The notes under the pieces were generated by a model. It was given only the letters and a program-made list of their open reading frames with translations, was not told the DNA's origin and searched no databases. Of a DNA stretch of 64,000 bases, positions 36,984 through 46,696 are shown one piece after another. Position numbers and translations under genes: made by a program. This DNA comes from an uncultured Actinomycetota bacterium (GTDB taxonomy: Bacteria; Actinomycetota; Actinomycetes; Mycobacteriales; QHCD01): the NCBI GenBank assembly GCA_963828605.1, contig CAWHER010000001.1:334102-398101 (forward strand), in the 5' to 3' direction. How positions within the stretch are numbered: position 1 is the stretch's first letter; each line of letters starts with the position of its first letter.

Positions 36984-37852
36984 TGCGGCACCGGAGACTT
37001 GGCGGGCGCACCGCCCCGATGGAGCATCGGCGATCTGGTGATGAGGATGACCCCGGCAATCATCGCGACCAGCCCTGCCGACTCGAGCGCCAGCCAGATC
37101 GGCGCGAGGCGCACTACCTCCCCGAACACCCCGACCCCGAACGCGATTCCGGCCAGGGGCTCGGCGACGGTCATGGCGGGGAGCGAGGCGCGCAGCGGAG
37201 CGACCTCGAAGGCGCTCTGGGCGAGCAGCAGACCGATCACCGCCACGCCGAACACGGCGTAGGGCAGATAGGAGGTGACCAGGTCGGAGACGCCCCGGTC
37301 GAGGAGCAGCATCGACCGGCGGGTGAAGCCGTCCTGCAGGCCGTAGAGGGATCCGGCCGCGGAGGCGAGCAGGGTCGCCTTCTCGGTGGCCGCGCGCCGC
37401 CGGGCGACCGCCACGAGCGCGGCGGCGATGGCGGCGACCACCCCGACCACCAGCCAGCGCCGGAGCTCGCTGACCGGTGCGGTGCCGCTGCGCGGCTGCC
37501 CGGCGATGACGAAGACCGCGACCCCGACGCTGAGGATGATCGCGCCGAACCACTCACGCCGGCCGAGCTGCTGGGAGGAGATGATCCGGGCCAGCCCGAG
37601 CGCGAACAGCAGGTTGGTGGTGAGTAGGGGCTCGACGAGGATCACGTCGGCATGCCCGAGCGCGATCGCGCCGAGGATCTGGCCCCCGACCATCGAGCCG
37701 ATGCCGGCCAGCCAGAGCGGTTTCTTGATCAGATCGAGGAAGAGCCGGAACCGCAGCGCATCCTCCGGCGGCGCCTCCTGGGCGGCCCGTTGCTGCAGCA
37801 CGAAACCCAGCCCGAGCAGCAGCGCTGCGCACAGGATGAGAGCAATCGTCAC
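36980..37852 (-). CDS. DMT-superfamily-like polytopic membrane protein (paralogue 1)
   Basis: Intact 290-aa hydrophobic ORF: MTIALILCAALLLGLGFVLQQRAAQ... Confidence 0.65.
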   Translation of the reverse strand: MTIALILCAALLLGLGFVLQQRAAQEAPPEDALRFRLFLDLIKKPLWLAGIGSMVGGQILGAIALGHADVILVEPLLTTNLLFALGLARIISSQQLGRREWFGAIILSVGVAVFVIAGQPRSGTAPVSELRRWLVVGVVAAIAAALVAVARRRAATEKATLLASAAGSLYGLQDGFTRRSMLLLDRGVSDLVTSYLPYAVFGVAVIGLLLAQSAFEVAPLRASLPAMTVAEPLAGIAFGVGVFGEVVRLAPIWLALESAGLVAMIAGVILITRSPMLHRGGAPAKSPVPQ

Positions 37853-37996
37853 GTGGGCGGCACTCGCGTTCGTGGGGGCCGGCGCGGCCGGATGGGCGGG
37901 AACAGCCTAACCGGTACGGTCGCTGGACACGGCGACGGCGAAGGGGCACGCGGTGGTGGGCGGCGGCGAGGCGTCCGGGACGGGCACCTCAGGAAG

Positions 37997-38160
37997 GTCC
38001 GCGGAGGGCGGCCCAGGGACACCCGCGAAGGGCGGCCCACGGTCACCCGCGGAGGGCGGCCCAGGGACACCCGCGAAGGGCGGCCCACGGTCACCCGCGG
38101 AGGGCGGCCCACGGTCACCCGCGGAGGGCAGGTCATGGACATAGGCAGGTCATGGACATA
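37997..38160. repeat. 24-bp tandem repeat array (about 5.5 units, with 48-bp higher order) followed by a 17-bp tandem duplication containing the SDR start codon
   Basis: Units G[TA]CACCCGCG[GA]AGGGCGGCCCA[CG]G lie at 37997, 38018, 38042, 38066, 38090 and 38114. GGCAGGTCATGGACATA is duplicated at 38127-38143 and 38144-38160. Confidence 0.95.
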
Positions 38161-38904
38161 GTCGGCAGCGTGGCCCTGGTCACCGGCGCGACCGGCGGGA
38201 TCGGTCGCGCCACGGCCATCGCCCTGTCGCGGGCCGGCGCCAAGGTGGTCGTCGCTGGGCGCAACGCCGGCCGCCTGGCCGGGGTGGCCGACCTGGTCGG
38301 CGCGCAGGCGGTCCGGGCCGACCTGATGGACCCGGACATGCCGGACAGGCTGGTCACGGAGGCCGAGCGGGTGGCCGGACCGATCGACCTGCTGATCAAC
38401 GCCGCCGGGGTCGGCCGGGCCGGCCCGCTCGTCGACACGAGTGCGGCCGAGGTGGACCGGGTCATCCGGATCGATCTGATCGCCCCGATGCAGCTCACCC
38501 GACTGGTGCTGCCGGGCATGCTGGCCCGCGGCCGGGGCCGGATCGTCCTGATGAGCTCGATCGCCGGCCTGGTCGGGGTGCGCAACGAGTCCGCCTACTC
38601 GGCCGCCAAGGGCGGCCTGAACACCTTCGCCGACAGCCTCTCCGACGAGCTCGCCGGCACCGGGGTGGGCGTCACCCTCGTCGCGCCCGGCGCGGTGGCC
38701 ACCGACTTCTTCAGCCACCGGGGGCAGGCCTACAACCGCCGCTGGCCGCGGCCGGTCGGCACCGGCATCGTGGCCGACGCCATCTGCGCCGGGATCGTGG
38801 CCGACCGCCGTACCGTCGTCATCCCGCGCTGGCTGGAGTTCGCCGCGCGGATCCACGGCGCGGCACCGAGCCTCTACCGCGCGCTGTCGACCCGCTTCGG
38901 GTGA
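38152..38904 (+). CDS. SDR family oxidoreductase
   Basis: MDIVGSVALVTGATGGIGRATA..., LINAAG, and SSIAGLVGVRNESAYSAAKGG (YxxxK). The ORF is intact. Confidence 0.85.
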   Translation: MDIVGSVALVTGATGGIGRATAIALSRAGAKVVVAGRNAGRLAGVADLVGAQAVRADLMDPDMPDRLVTEAERVAGPIDLLINAAGVGRAGPLVDTSAAEVDRVIRIDLIAPMQLTRLVLPGMLARGRGRIVLMSSIAGLVGVRNESAYSAAKGGLNTFADSLSDELAGTGVGVTLVAPGAVATDFFSHRGQAYNRRWPRPVGTGIVADAICAGIVADRRTVVIPRWLEFAARIHGAAPSLYRALSTRFG

Positions 38905-38935
38905 CCGCCCGGGTGGCCGGCCCTCCGGGCGGTGC

Positions 38936-39943
38936 TCAGCTGCGGGCGGCCCGCAGCGACTCCTTCAGCGACCCCATCGTGGCGAGCACGGCGGTCGGCT
39001 CGTAGCCGCAGTGGGCCATGCAGTTGTTGCAGCGCTCGTCCTTGCCGCGGCCGTAGGAGTCCCAGTCGGTGTCCTCGATCAGTTCCCGGTAGGTCTCGGT
39101 GTAGCCGTCGGCCATCAGGTAGCACGGCTTCTGCCAGCCCTTGAGCGAGTACGACGGGATGCCCCACGCGGTGCAGCCGAAGTCGACCTTGCCCTCGAGG
39201 AAGTCGAGGAACAGCGGGGAGTGGTTGAGCCGCCACTTCTTGCGCCGCCCGTCGGCGAACGCCTTCTGGAACAGCTCCCGGGTCTCCTGCACGCCGAGGA
39301 AGTGCTCCTGGTCGGGCGCCTTCTCGTAGGCGTAGGCGGGCGAGATCATCATCTGGTCGACCTTGACGTCGTCGTTCAGGAAGTCGAGGACGTCGATGAT
39401 GGTCTGCGGAGTGTCGGTGTTGAAGAACGTCGAGTTGGTGTTGACGGTGAAGCCGCGCCGCTTGACCTCTCTGATGGCCGCGATCGCCTCGTCGAAGACG
39501 CCTTCCTTGTCGACCGCCTCGTCGTGGCGCTCCTTGAGCCCGTCGACGTGGACGACGAAGGAGAAGTACGGCGAGGGCTTGAAGTCGAAGCGCTCGATCC
39601 GCTTGCGCAGCAGCACCGCGTTGGTGCACAGGTAGACGTACTTCTTGCGCTTCACCAGCTCGTTGACGATGACGTCGATCTGCGGGTGCATCAGCGGCTC
39701 GCCGCCGGCGATCGACACCATCGGCGCGCCGCATTCCTCGATCGCGCCGATCGCCTGCTCCACCGGCATCCGCTGCTTGAGGACGTCGGCCGGGTGCTGG
39801 ATCTTGCCGCACCCGGGGCAGGACAGGTTGCAGGCGAAGAGCGGTTCGAGCTCGACGATGAGCGGGAACTTGTCCTTCTTGGCGAGCTTCTGCTTGAACA
39901 GATATGCGCCGATCCGTGCGCTCTGGCGCAGCGGGATGCTCAT
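38936..39943 (-). CDS. hpnH: Adenosyl-hopene transferase HpnH (radical SAM)
   Basis: [20 protein letters not shown]...[17 protein letters not shown]...[21 protein letters not shown]...[12 protein letters not shown] is colinear with HpnH. It is the last gene of the hopanoid operon. Confidence 0.9.
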   Translation of the reverse strand: MSIPLRQSARIGAYLFKQKLAKKDKFPLIVELEPLFACNLSCPGCGKIQHPADVLKQRMPVEQAIGAIEECGAPMVSIAGGEPLMHPQIDVIVNELVKRKKYVYLCTNAVLLRKRIERFDFKPSPYFSFVVHVDGLKERHDEAVDKEGVFDEAIAAIREVKRRGFTVNTNSTFFNTDTPQTIIDVLDFLNDDVKVDQMMISPAYAYEKAPDQEHFLGVQETRELFQKAFADGRRKKWRLNHSPLFLDFLEGKVDFGCTAWGIPSYSLKGWQKPCYLMADGYTETYRELIEDTDWDSYGRGKDERCNNCMAHCGYEPTAVLATMGSLKESLRAARS

Positions 39944-41445
39944 GGGCGACTGACCTCCTTGGGCAGCGAGAACTCCACTGATTCGGTGACCACGGGACGC
40001 TCGGCGACCTCGACCGGACCGAGCCCGGCCAGTGCGGTGATCACCCGTTCGACGAGGTCAGGCGGCGCGGATGCGCCGGCGGTGAGCCCGATGGTGCGAC
40101 GCCCGGCCAACCAGCTGAGGTCGATGTCACCGTCGTCGTCCACCAGGTGTGCCTCCCCGCACTCCCGGGCCGCGATCTCGACCAGACGCCGGGAGTTGGA
40201 GGAGTTGGCCGACCCCACGACGAGGACGGCGTCGGAGTCGCGGGCCACGGCCCGGATCGCGATCTGCCGGTTGGTGGTGGCGTAGCAGATGTCGTCCGAG
40301 GACGGACCGCGCAGGGCCGGGAACCGGCGCCGGAGCGCGTCGACGACGTGCTGGGACTCGTCGACGGCCAGCGTGGTCTGCATGAGGTAGGAGATCCGGC
40401 CGGGATCGTCGACCTCGAGGTCCTCGACGTCATCGGCCGACTCGACCAGTCGGACCGCGTCCGGCGCCTCGCCGGTGGTGCCCTCGACCTCCTCGTGACC
40501 GCGGTGACCGATCAGCACGATCGTCTCCCCGCGGGCCGCGAACCGGCGGGCCTCGGCGTGCACCTTGCTGACCAGCGGGCAGGTCGCGTCGATGACCTGC
40601 AGGCCGCGGTCGCTGGCCTCAGTGCGCACCTGGGGCGACACCCCGTGCGCGGAGAACACCAGCGTGGCGCCGTCGGGCACCTCGTCGACCTCGTCGACGA
40701 AGATGGCCCCGCGCCGCTCGAGGTCGCGCACCACGTGGATGTTGTGCACGATCTGCTTGCGGACGTAGACCGGCTCGCCGTAGCGGTCCAGCGCCGCCTC
40801 CACGATGGCGATGGCCCGCTCCACCCCGGCGCAGAACGACCGGGGACCGGCGAGCAGCACCTTGCGCGGCGAGCAGGCGTCGGCCCAGGTCTGCAGGGCC
40901 GGTGCCGCCCGGCGCAGCGCGCGCCGGGCCACGACACCACCGGTGATGGTGCGGGGGTGCACCAGCGGCCGGTCCGGCCCGTCGACGATGACCCGCAGGA
41001 CGGCCCGCGGCCGGTCACCGACCAGGTCGAGGAACGCCGCGGACTCCATGTCGATCGCGATCGCCCCGGTCTCCGCGAGTTCGGCGCGGTGCTCCTGCCG
41101 GCGGACGGCGCTCTCGACGGTCAGGATCGGGCCGACGTGAACCCGCAGGCCGAGCCGCCGCAGCGCCGCCGCGAGCGGTGCCGCCGACGGGCAGCGCACC
41201 ACGCTGCTTCCGCCGCGCACCTCGTCGGCGATGACGATGTCGCCCGGGGCGAGGCCTTCGCGCAGCGCGCCGGCGAACCCGGCGATGGCGACCGGGTCGT
41301 CGGGGCCGGTGTCGCGCCACAGTCCGGCCGCTGCCCGGTGTGCCCGCAGCGGGCCCATCCCGGACCGGACGACCCGGGCCCGGGGGAGACCCGGTGCGAC
41401 GGTCTTCGCCTCGATCCGCAGCGGTGCGTAGACGAGAAGAGTCAT
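39940..41445 (-). CDS. ispH: Single ORF fusing a HpnG-like nucleosidase/phosphorylase domain (N-terminal) to IspH/LytB HMBPP reductase (C-terminal)
   Basis: The N-terminal ~190 aa read [15 protein letters not shown]...[10 protein letters not shown]...[12 protein letters not shown] (PNP_UDP_1-like). After a short linker comes [23 protein letters not shown]...VHNIHVV...SAHGVSP...[12 protein letters not shown]...[10 protein letters not shown]...ICYATTNRQ...[11 protein letters not shown], a complete IspH with its three Cys. There is no internal stop or start. ATGA overlaps occur at both ends. Confidence 0.85.
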   Translation of the reverse strand: MTLLVYAPLRIEAKTVAPGLPRARVVRSGMGPLRAHRAAAGLWRDTGPDDPVAIAGFAGALREGLAPGDIVIADEVRGGSSVVRCPSAAPLAAALRRLGLRVHVGPILTVESAVRRQEHRAELAETGAIAIDMESAAFLDLVGDRPRAVLRVIVDGPDRPLVHPRTITGGVVARRALRRAAPALQTWADACSPRKVLLAGPRSFCAGVERAIAIVEAALDRYGEPVYVRKQIVHNIHVVRDLERRGAIFVDEVDEVPDGATLVFSAHGVSPQVRTEASDRGLQVIDATCPLVSKVHAEARRFAARGETIVLIGHRGHEEVEGTTGEAPDAVRLVESADDVEDLEVDDPGRISYLMQTTLAVDESQHVVDALRRRFPALRGPSSDDICYATTNRQIAIRAVARDSDAVLVVGSANSSNSRRLVEIAARECGEAHLVDDDGDIDLSWLAGRRTIGLTAGASAPPDLVERVITALAGLGPVEVAERPVVTESVEFSLPKEVSRP

Positions 41446-43361
41446 GCCCGCTCTGCTTCCTGCTCGCCGGCCCGCACGTAGCGCCCGAGCGCCATCAGCG
41501 GGAAGACAAGTCGGTAGAGGTGGTAGTTGATGTAGAAGTCTCCGGGGAACCCGGTGCCGGTGAACTGCGGCTCGTCCCATGTGCCGTCCGGCCGCTGGGT
41601 GTCCACCAGCCAGCGGATGCCGCGGTCGATCGCCTCGGCGGTGGTGCTCGGTCCGCCGGGCGACGCGTAGAGGAGGGCGAGCAGCGCCCAGGCGGTCTGC
41701 GACGCCGTCGACTCGCCCCGGCCGCGCCACGACGGGTCGACGTAGGACCGCAGGTCCTCGCCCCATCCGCCGTCCGGGTTCTGGACGCTGCGCAGCCAGG
41801 CCAGCCCGCGTTCGATCGCCGGATGGGTGGGCGAGAGCCCGGCGGCGACCAGCGCGGGGACCACGGCGCCGACGCCGTAGACATGGTTGGCCCCCCAGCG
41901 ACCGAACCACGACCCGTCGGCCTCCTGGGCCTCGAGCAGCCAGTCGACGCCGCGGCGCGCCACCGGTGACCGGCCGGCGCCTTCTCCGGCGAGCATCTCC
42001 ACCATGTGGGCGGTGACGTCGGCCGACGGCGGGTCGATCATCGCGCCGAAGTCGGCGAAGGAGATCGCGTAGGCGAGGTCGCGGGTGTTGTCGGCGTCGA
42101 ATGCGCCCCACCCCCCGTCGTCGCTCTGCATTCCGGTCGACCAGGCCACACCGCGGCGGATCGCCGCGTCCACTCCGGGGACTCGGTGCGGGTCGACCCG
42201 GCGGAGTGCCAGGACGACCTCGGCGGTGTCATCGACGTCGGGATAGGTGTCGTTGGCGAACTCGAAGGCCCACCCGCCGGTCGCGAGCCGCGGGCGCCGG
42301 ACCGCCCAGTCGCCGCGCGCGGTGATCTCTTCGTCGACCACCCAGGCGGCCGCCTTGACCAGAGCCGGATCGTCCGGGGCGGACCCAGCGTCGGACAGGG
42401 CGATCATCGCCAGCACCGTGTCCCAGACCGGCGACTGGCAGGCCTCGAGCCGGCGGCCCCGCTCGTCGTCGATCAGGAAGCCGTCCAGACCGGACAGCCC
42501 GGCCGCGATGACCGGGTGGTCGACGGCGTAGCCCAGCGCGTGCAGGGCGATGAGGGAGTAGACCCAGGGGGGCTGGATGCCGCCCCACGAGCCGTCGGCC
42601 TCCTGGCGCGCGACGATCCACTTCTCCGCCTTGGCCATGGCGTGGCGTCGCAGCCGCTTCGATGCCCGCCGCCCGTAGCTGCGCAGCACCCGGTCGAACA
42701 ACTGGAAGCGGCCTTCCGCGTTCCACACCGACGCGTGCTCCTCGGGCTGGATGCCCGACCGGAGCTCCGGGAGGTCGAACGGCAGCGGCCGCACCGGCCG
42801 CAGCGTGCTCACCACCGTCAGCGGGACGATCGTCTGACGCGCCCAGCAGGCGAAGTCGTAGGCGTTGAGCGGCACCCACGAGGGCAGCAGGATCAGCTCC
42901 GGCGGCAGCACCGGGAGCTGGTCCCAGGACCATTGGCCGACCAGTGCGAGCCAGATCCGGGTGAAGACCCGACTGGCCTCCACCCCGCCGGACTCCCGCA
43001 CGAAGTGCGCCGCCGCCCGCATGTGCTGCAGGTCGGGGGAGTCTCCGGCCAGCCGCAGCGCCACATAGGCCTCGACTGTGGTGGACAGGTCGGCCGGCCC
43101 GCCGAAGAACGTCGCCCACGTCCCGTCGCCGCGCTGTTGCGAGCGGATCCAGGTGGCCGCCCGGGCGGTCTCGTCGTCGGTCCGGACGCCGAGGACGTGC
43201 CGGAGCAGCAGGTCTTCGGCGTCCATCGTGACGTTGGTCTCGAGTTCGCCCTTCCACCACCCGTCCTCGTGCTGCAGGCCGAGCAGGTGGCGGGTGGCGG
43301 CGTCCAGGGCCTGGGTGGGTCCGGTGACCGGGCCGGTGTAGTCGGTCTGGAGGGTGCTCAC
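41442..43361 (-). CDS. shc: Squalene-hopene cyclase
   Basis: 639 aa from GTG 43361. It has the catalytic DVDDTAEV (DxDD), multiple QW-type repeats (e.g. [39 protein letters not shown]), and [25 protein letters not shown]. Confidence 0.95.
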   Translation of the reverse strand: MSTLQTDYTGPVTGPTQALDAATRHLLGLQHEDGWWKGELETNVTMDAEDLLLRHVLGVRTDDETARAATWIRSQQRGDGTWATFFGGPADLSTTVEAYVALRLAGDSPDLQHMRAAAHFVRESGGVEASRVFTRIWLALVGQWSWDQLPVLPPELILLPSWVPLNAYDFACWARQTIVPLTVVSTLRPVRPLPFDLPELRSGIQPEEHASVWNAEGRFQLFDRVLRSYGRRASKRLRRHAMAKAEKWIVARQEADGSWGGIQPPWVYSLIALHALGYAVDHPVIAAGLSGLDGFLIDDERGRRLEACQSPVWDTVLAMIALSDAGSAPDDPALVKAAAWVVDEEITARGDWAVRRPRLATGGWAFEFANDTYPDVDDTAEVVLALRRVDPHRVPGVDAAIRRGVAWSTGMQSDDGGWGAFDADNTRDLAYAISFADFGAMIDPPSADVTAHMVEMLAGEGAGRSPVARRGVDWLLEAQEADGSWFGRWGANHVYGVGAVVPALVAAGLSPTHPAIERGLAWLRSVQNPDGGWGEDLRSYVDPSWRGRGESTASQTAWALLALLYASPGGPSTTAEAIDRGIRWLVDTQRPDGTWDEPQFTGTGFPGDFYINYHLYRLVFPLMALGRYVRAGEQEAERA

Positions 43362-44410
43362 TGCTGCCGCCGGACCACGTAGTCGGCCACCGCGGACAGG
43401 TCGCGCACGGCTTCGGGCTCCAGCTCGACCGAAGTCAGCTTTCCGTGGGCGAGGGCGAGTTGCCGGTCGGCCTCGGCGGTCGCCCACGCCCGGCCTCCGG
43501 CCTTCTCGACCAGGTCGGCCTCGGCGGAGTAGCGCTCGTCGAGTTCGTCGTCGGGCCGGGCCTCGGCGGCGTCCTCGGCGAGCATGCGGGACAGCTGCTC
43601 GCCCGCCGACCCGCCGTCGGCGAGAGCCGCGGCCACCGGAAGGGTCTTCTTGCCGGCCCGCAGGTCCGAGCGCACCGGTTTGCCGGTCAGCTCGGGCGAG
43701 CCCCAGATGCCCAGCACATCGTCGACGAGCTGGAAGGCGAGTCCGAGATGCTCGCCGAAGTCGGTGAGCGCACGCACGGTGCCCGGTGGGGCGCCGGTGA
43801 GGACGGCGCCGATCGCCGCCGAGCACGCCATCAGCGCGCTGGTCTTGTTCCCCGCCATCCGCAGGCATTCCTCCAGCGTGACGTCGTCCCGCGATTCGAA
43901 CTCCAGGTCGTCGGTCTGGCCCGTGACCAGCCGCGCGGTCGAGCTGGTCAGCAGCTTCGCCGCGGGGGCACCCCCGGGGGTGTCGAGCTCGAGCAGCACC
44001 TCCTCGGCGAGGGTGAGCAGCGCGACGCCGCCGAGGATCGCCGCCGACGGCCCGAAGACCGTCCATGCCGTCGGCTGGTGATGGCGTTCCCGGTCGCCAT
44101 CCATGAGGTCGTCGTGCAGCAGCGAGAAGTTGTGCACGAGTTCGACCGCGACCCCGCCCGGGATGCCGGCCTCGATCGGGGCGCCGACCGCCTGGGCGGA
44201 CAGCAGCGCCATCGCGTAGCGGATGCCCTTGCCGTGCACGGCCCCGCGCTCGCTGCCGTCGGCGGCCAGCCACCCGAGGTGGTAGCCGGCGACCTTCGTC
44301 ATCGACGGGGTGAGCCGGCCGACGGCGTCCCGAAGCGCCGGTTGGGTGAGGTCGCGGGCCCGCTCCAGCACGCTGGCGACGTGACCCTGAGGCTGTGTCC
44401 GGGCGGTCAC
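43358..44410 (-). CDS. Polyprenyl diphosphate synthase (FPP/GGPP synthase family)
   Basis: FSLLHDDLMDGD (first DDxxD) and AFQLVDDVLG (second DDxxD). GTGA overlaps occur at both ends. Confidence 0.9.
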   Translation of the reverse strand: MTARTQPQGHVASVLERARDLTQPALRDAVGRLTPSMTKVAGYHLGWLAADGSERGAVHGKGIRYAMALLSAQAVGAPIEAGIPGGVAVELVHNFSLLHDDLMDGDRERHHQPTAWTVFGPSAAILGGVALLTLAEEVLLELDTPGGAPAAKLLTSSTARLVTGQTDDLEFESRDDVTLEECLRMAGNKTSALMACSAAIGAVLTGAPPGTVRALTDFGEHLGLAFQLVDDVLGIWGSPELTGKPVRSDLRAGKKTLPVAAALADGGSAGEQLSRMLAEDAAEARPDDELDERYSAEADLVEKAGGRAWATAEADRQLALAHGKLTSVELEPEAVRDLSAVADYVVRRQQ

Positions 44411-45798
44411 AGGGCTGCTCCTTGCATCGTCGGGGCCGGGATTGGATCGACCGTGGTGAGTGCGCGACGGGCCGCGTTGGTCCCGCTCCGGACAGCCCCC
44501 TCCATCGTCGCGGGCCAGCCCGTGTCGGTCCACGACCCGGCGAGAAACACGCCGGGGAGATCTGTACGAGTGCCCGGCCGGAGCGCCCCGGTGCCGGGCA
44601 ATGGCCGGAATGTGGCTTTCGGCTCGCGGGTGACGAGGAACCGCCGGACGACCGCCCGCCGGGCCGCCGGGAAGAGTTCGGCCAGCGCCGGCAGGAACCG
44701 GGCCCGCAGGTCGGCGACCGGCTCGTGCAGGTGGGCGTCGGCCGCCGACAAGGACACGGTGAGGTACTGACCGTCGGACACGCCGGCGGCCTCGGTGCGG
44801 TCAAATACCCAGTGCACCGGTCCGCCGTGGCCGACCGCGAACGGCAGGCTGGTCACCGGCCGGTCGTAGACGACGTGCAGGTTGACGATCGGCGAGGCGC
44901 CGAGACCGGCGAGCCGACCCGGGTCGGGAAGGGCGCCGTGGGGGAGCACCCCGGGTACGCCGTCGTGCGGGACGGCCAGGATGACGGCGTCCGCACGCAC
45001 CGGGCCGGACCTCGTCGCGACCACAAGCCCCGAGTCGTCCCGCTGCACGCCGACCACCCGGGTCGAGGTCCGTACGTCGGCACCGGCCGCGGCCAGCACC
45101 GCCGCCGCCGGATCGCCGTGCAGGCGGGACAGGGGAACCAGGGGCAGCCCGATGTCGGCCGCCTCGGCGTCGTCCAGCAGTCCGGTGCGGAAGACCATCG
45201 CGGCGAGGGACAGGGACGTCTCGTCCGGCCACGCGTTGAGGGTGGGGACGCTGATCAGCCCCCACAGCGCGCTGATCGCGGTCGGCGACTGCCCGTGCCG
45301 GCGCAGCCAGCCGCCGAACGACTCGACGTCCAGCCGCGGATCGTCGGGGTCGAGGCGACGCAGGGCGAGCAGGGCGCGTACGGCGGCCAGCTTGTCCCGG
45401 GGGGACAGCAGGGGATAGCCCCCGACCGCCCCGGCGAGATGCAGCGGCGCCGGCAGGTCGCTGCGGGTCAGCCGGTGCACCTGGCCGCCCGGAGTGATGA
45501 CCGGGACCGACATCCGGTCCTGGATCCGGACCAGCCCGGCCACGCCGAGCCGGCGGAGGAAGGCCTGGTAGGCGGTGCAGCACCGCAGAAAGACGTGCTG
45601 GCCGTTGTCGACGGTCAGGCCGTCGTGCGGTGACTGATCGGGTGAGGTGTGGTCGTCGCGGGTGAACGAGAACGTTGCGCCGCCCAGCCGCGGACGGCTC
45701 TCGAGCAGCACCACCTTCGCGCCGCCGTCTGCCGCCTCGACCGCCGCGGCGAGCCCGGCGAGGCCGGCGCCGATGACACACACCGTGGGCGCGGTCAT
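44407..45798 (-). CDS. hpnE: Hydroxysqualene dehydroxylase HpnE (FAD-dependent amine-oxidase fold)
   Basis: VCVIGAGLAGLAAAVEAADGGAKVVLLESRPRLGG is the dinucleotide-binding motif. ...VFLAGSWTDTGWPATMEGAVRSG is at the C-terminus. It occupies the position after hpnC-hpnD. Confidence 0.85.
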   Translation of the reverse strand: MTAPTVCVIGAGLAGLAAAVEAADGGAKVVLLESRPRLGGATFSFTRDDHTSPDQSPHDGLTVDNGQHVFLRCCTAYQAFLRRLGVAGLVRIQDRMSVPVITPGGQVHRLTRSDLPAPLHLAGAVGGYPLLSPRDKLAAVRALLALRRLDPDDPRLDVESFGGWLRRHGQSPTAISALWGLISVPTLNAWPDETSLSLAAMVFRTGLLDDAEAADIGLPLVPLSRLHGDPAAAVLAAAGADVRTSTRVVGVQRDDSGLVVATRSGPVRADAVILAVPHDGVPGVLPHGALPDPGRLAGLGASPIVNLHVVYDRPVTSLPFAVGHGGPVHWVFDRTEAAGVSDGQYLTVSLSAADAHLHEPVADLRARFLPALAELFPAARRAVVRRFLVTREPKATFRPLPGTGALRPGTRTDLPGVFLAGSWTDTGWPATMEGAVRSGTNAARRALTTVDPIPAPTMQGAAL

Positions 45799-46694
45799 GA
45801 CTGCGTCACCTCCGACCGGACGGGCTTGGGGCGAGACGTGAGGGCGGCCCGCGCCAGGCTGCCGATCGCGACCGCCGCCTTCTCCCGGGTCGGCAGCGAG
45901 AGCCGTCGCTCGAGCGCGATGTCGGGGCGGGCGGCGATCCGGTCCAGCAGCCGCCGGTAGATCCCGGCCATCGCCGCGCAGCACGCGGCGCTGCGCGCGT
46001 CGAGCATCGGCAGCAGCTCGAGCCCGCGGGCGTACCAGGTGCGGGCCCGGTCCGCCTCGAACCGCATGAGCTCGACGAGGGGGAGCCGCGGGCCGGTGAT
46101 CATGGCGTTGGGGTCGAGGGCGAGATGTACGCCGTAGCGCTCGAGGTCCTCGCCCGGCAGGTAGACCCGCTCGTTCTCCAGGTCTTCCCGGACGTCGCGC
46201 AGGATGTTGGTCAGCTGCAGCGCCACCCCGAGCGCGTCGGCCCGGTCCGTGGCGCCGGGCCGCTCGACGCCGCCGAAGACCCCGAGCGACAGCCGGCCGA
46301 TCGAGCCGGCGACACACCGGCAGTAGTACACGAGCTCGTCGATGGTGTCGTAGCGGACGCCTCGGACGTCGGCCTCGACACCGTCGATGAGCTCGCCGAA
46401 CGCGGCGAGCGGGATCGGGTGGTGCCGCGCGGCGTCGCCGAGGGCGACCAGGACGGCGTCCTCGGTGTCGGTTCCGATGCGGTCGATGTCGGCTCGGGCC
46501 TGGGCCAGCGCCGCGAGCTTCTCGGGCACCGGGGCGACACCGTCACCAATGTCGTCGATCCGACGGGAGAAGGCGTAGACCGCAGAGAGCGCGGCGCGCT
46601 TCGAGGGTGCCAGCAACCGGATGCCGTAGGCGAAGTTGCGGGCCTCGGTCCGGGTGACGTGCTCGCAGTGGGCATAGGCGTCGACGGCGTGCAT
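45795..46694 (-). CDS. hpnD: Presqualene diphosphate synthase HpnD
   Basis: ARNFAYGIRLLAPSKRAALSAVYAFSRRIDDIGD...YCRCVAGSIG...LQLTNILRDVREDLENERVYLP shows the squalene/phytoene synthase fold with both Asp-rich motifs. It is second in the operon. Confidence 0.85.
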   Translation of the reverse strand: MHAVDAYAHCEHVTRTEARNFAYGIRLLAPSKRAALSAVYAFSRRIDDIGDGVAPVPEKLAALAQARADIDRIGTDTEDAVLVALGDAARHHPIPLAAFGELIDGVEADVRGVRYDTIDELVYYCRCVAGSIGRLSLGVFGGVERPGATDRADALGVALQLTNILRDVREDLENERVYLPGEDLERYGVHLALDPNAMITGPRLPLVELMRFEADRARTWYARGLELLPMLDARSAACCAAMAGIYRRLLDRIAARPDIALERRLSLPTREKAAVAIGSLARAALTSRPKPVRSEVTQS

Positions 46695-46696
46695 GG

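Noticed and set aside
37849-38856. 335-aa minus-strand ORF covering the 24-bp repeat array and lying antisense to the SDR gene
   Set aside because: It has Arg/Pro/Gly-rich low-complexity composition. It lies antisense to a well-supported SDR (TGATGGIG, YxxxK). Its repeat part (PPRVTVGRP...) reflects DNA repeats, not a protein family.
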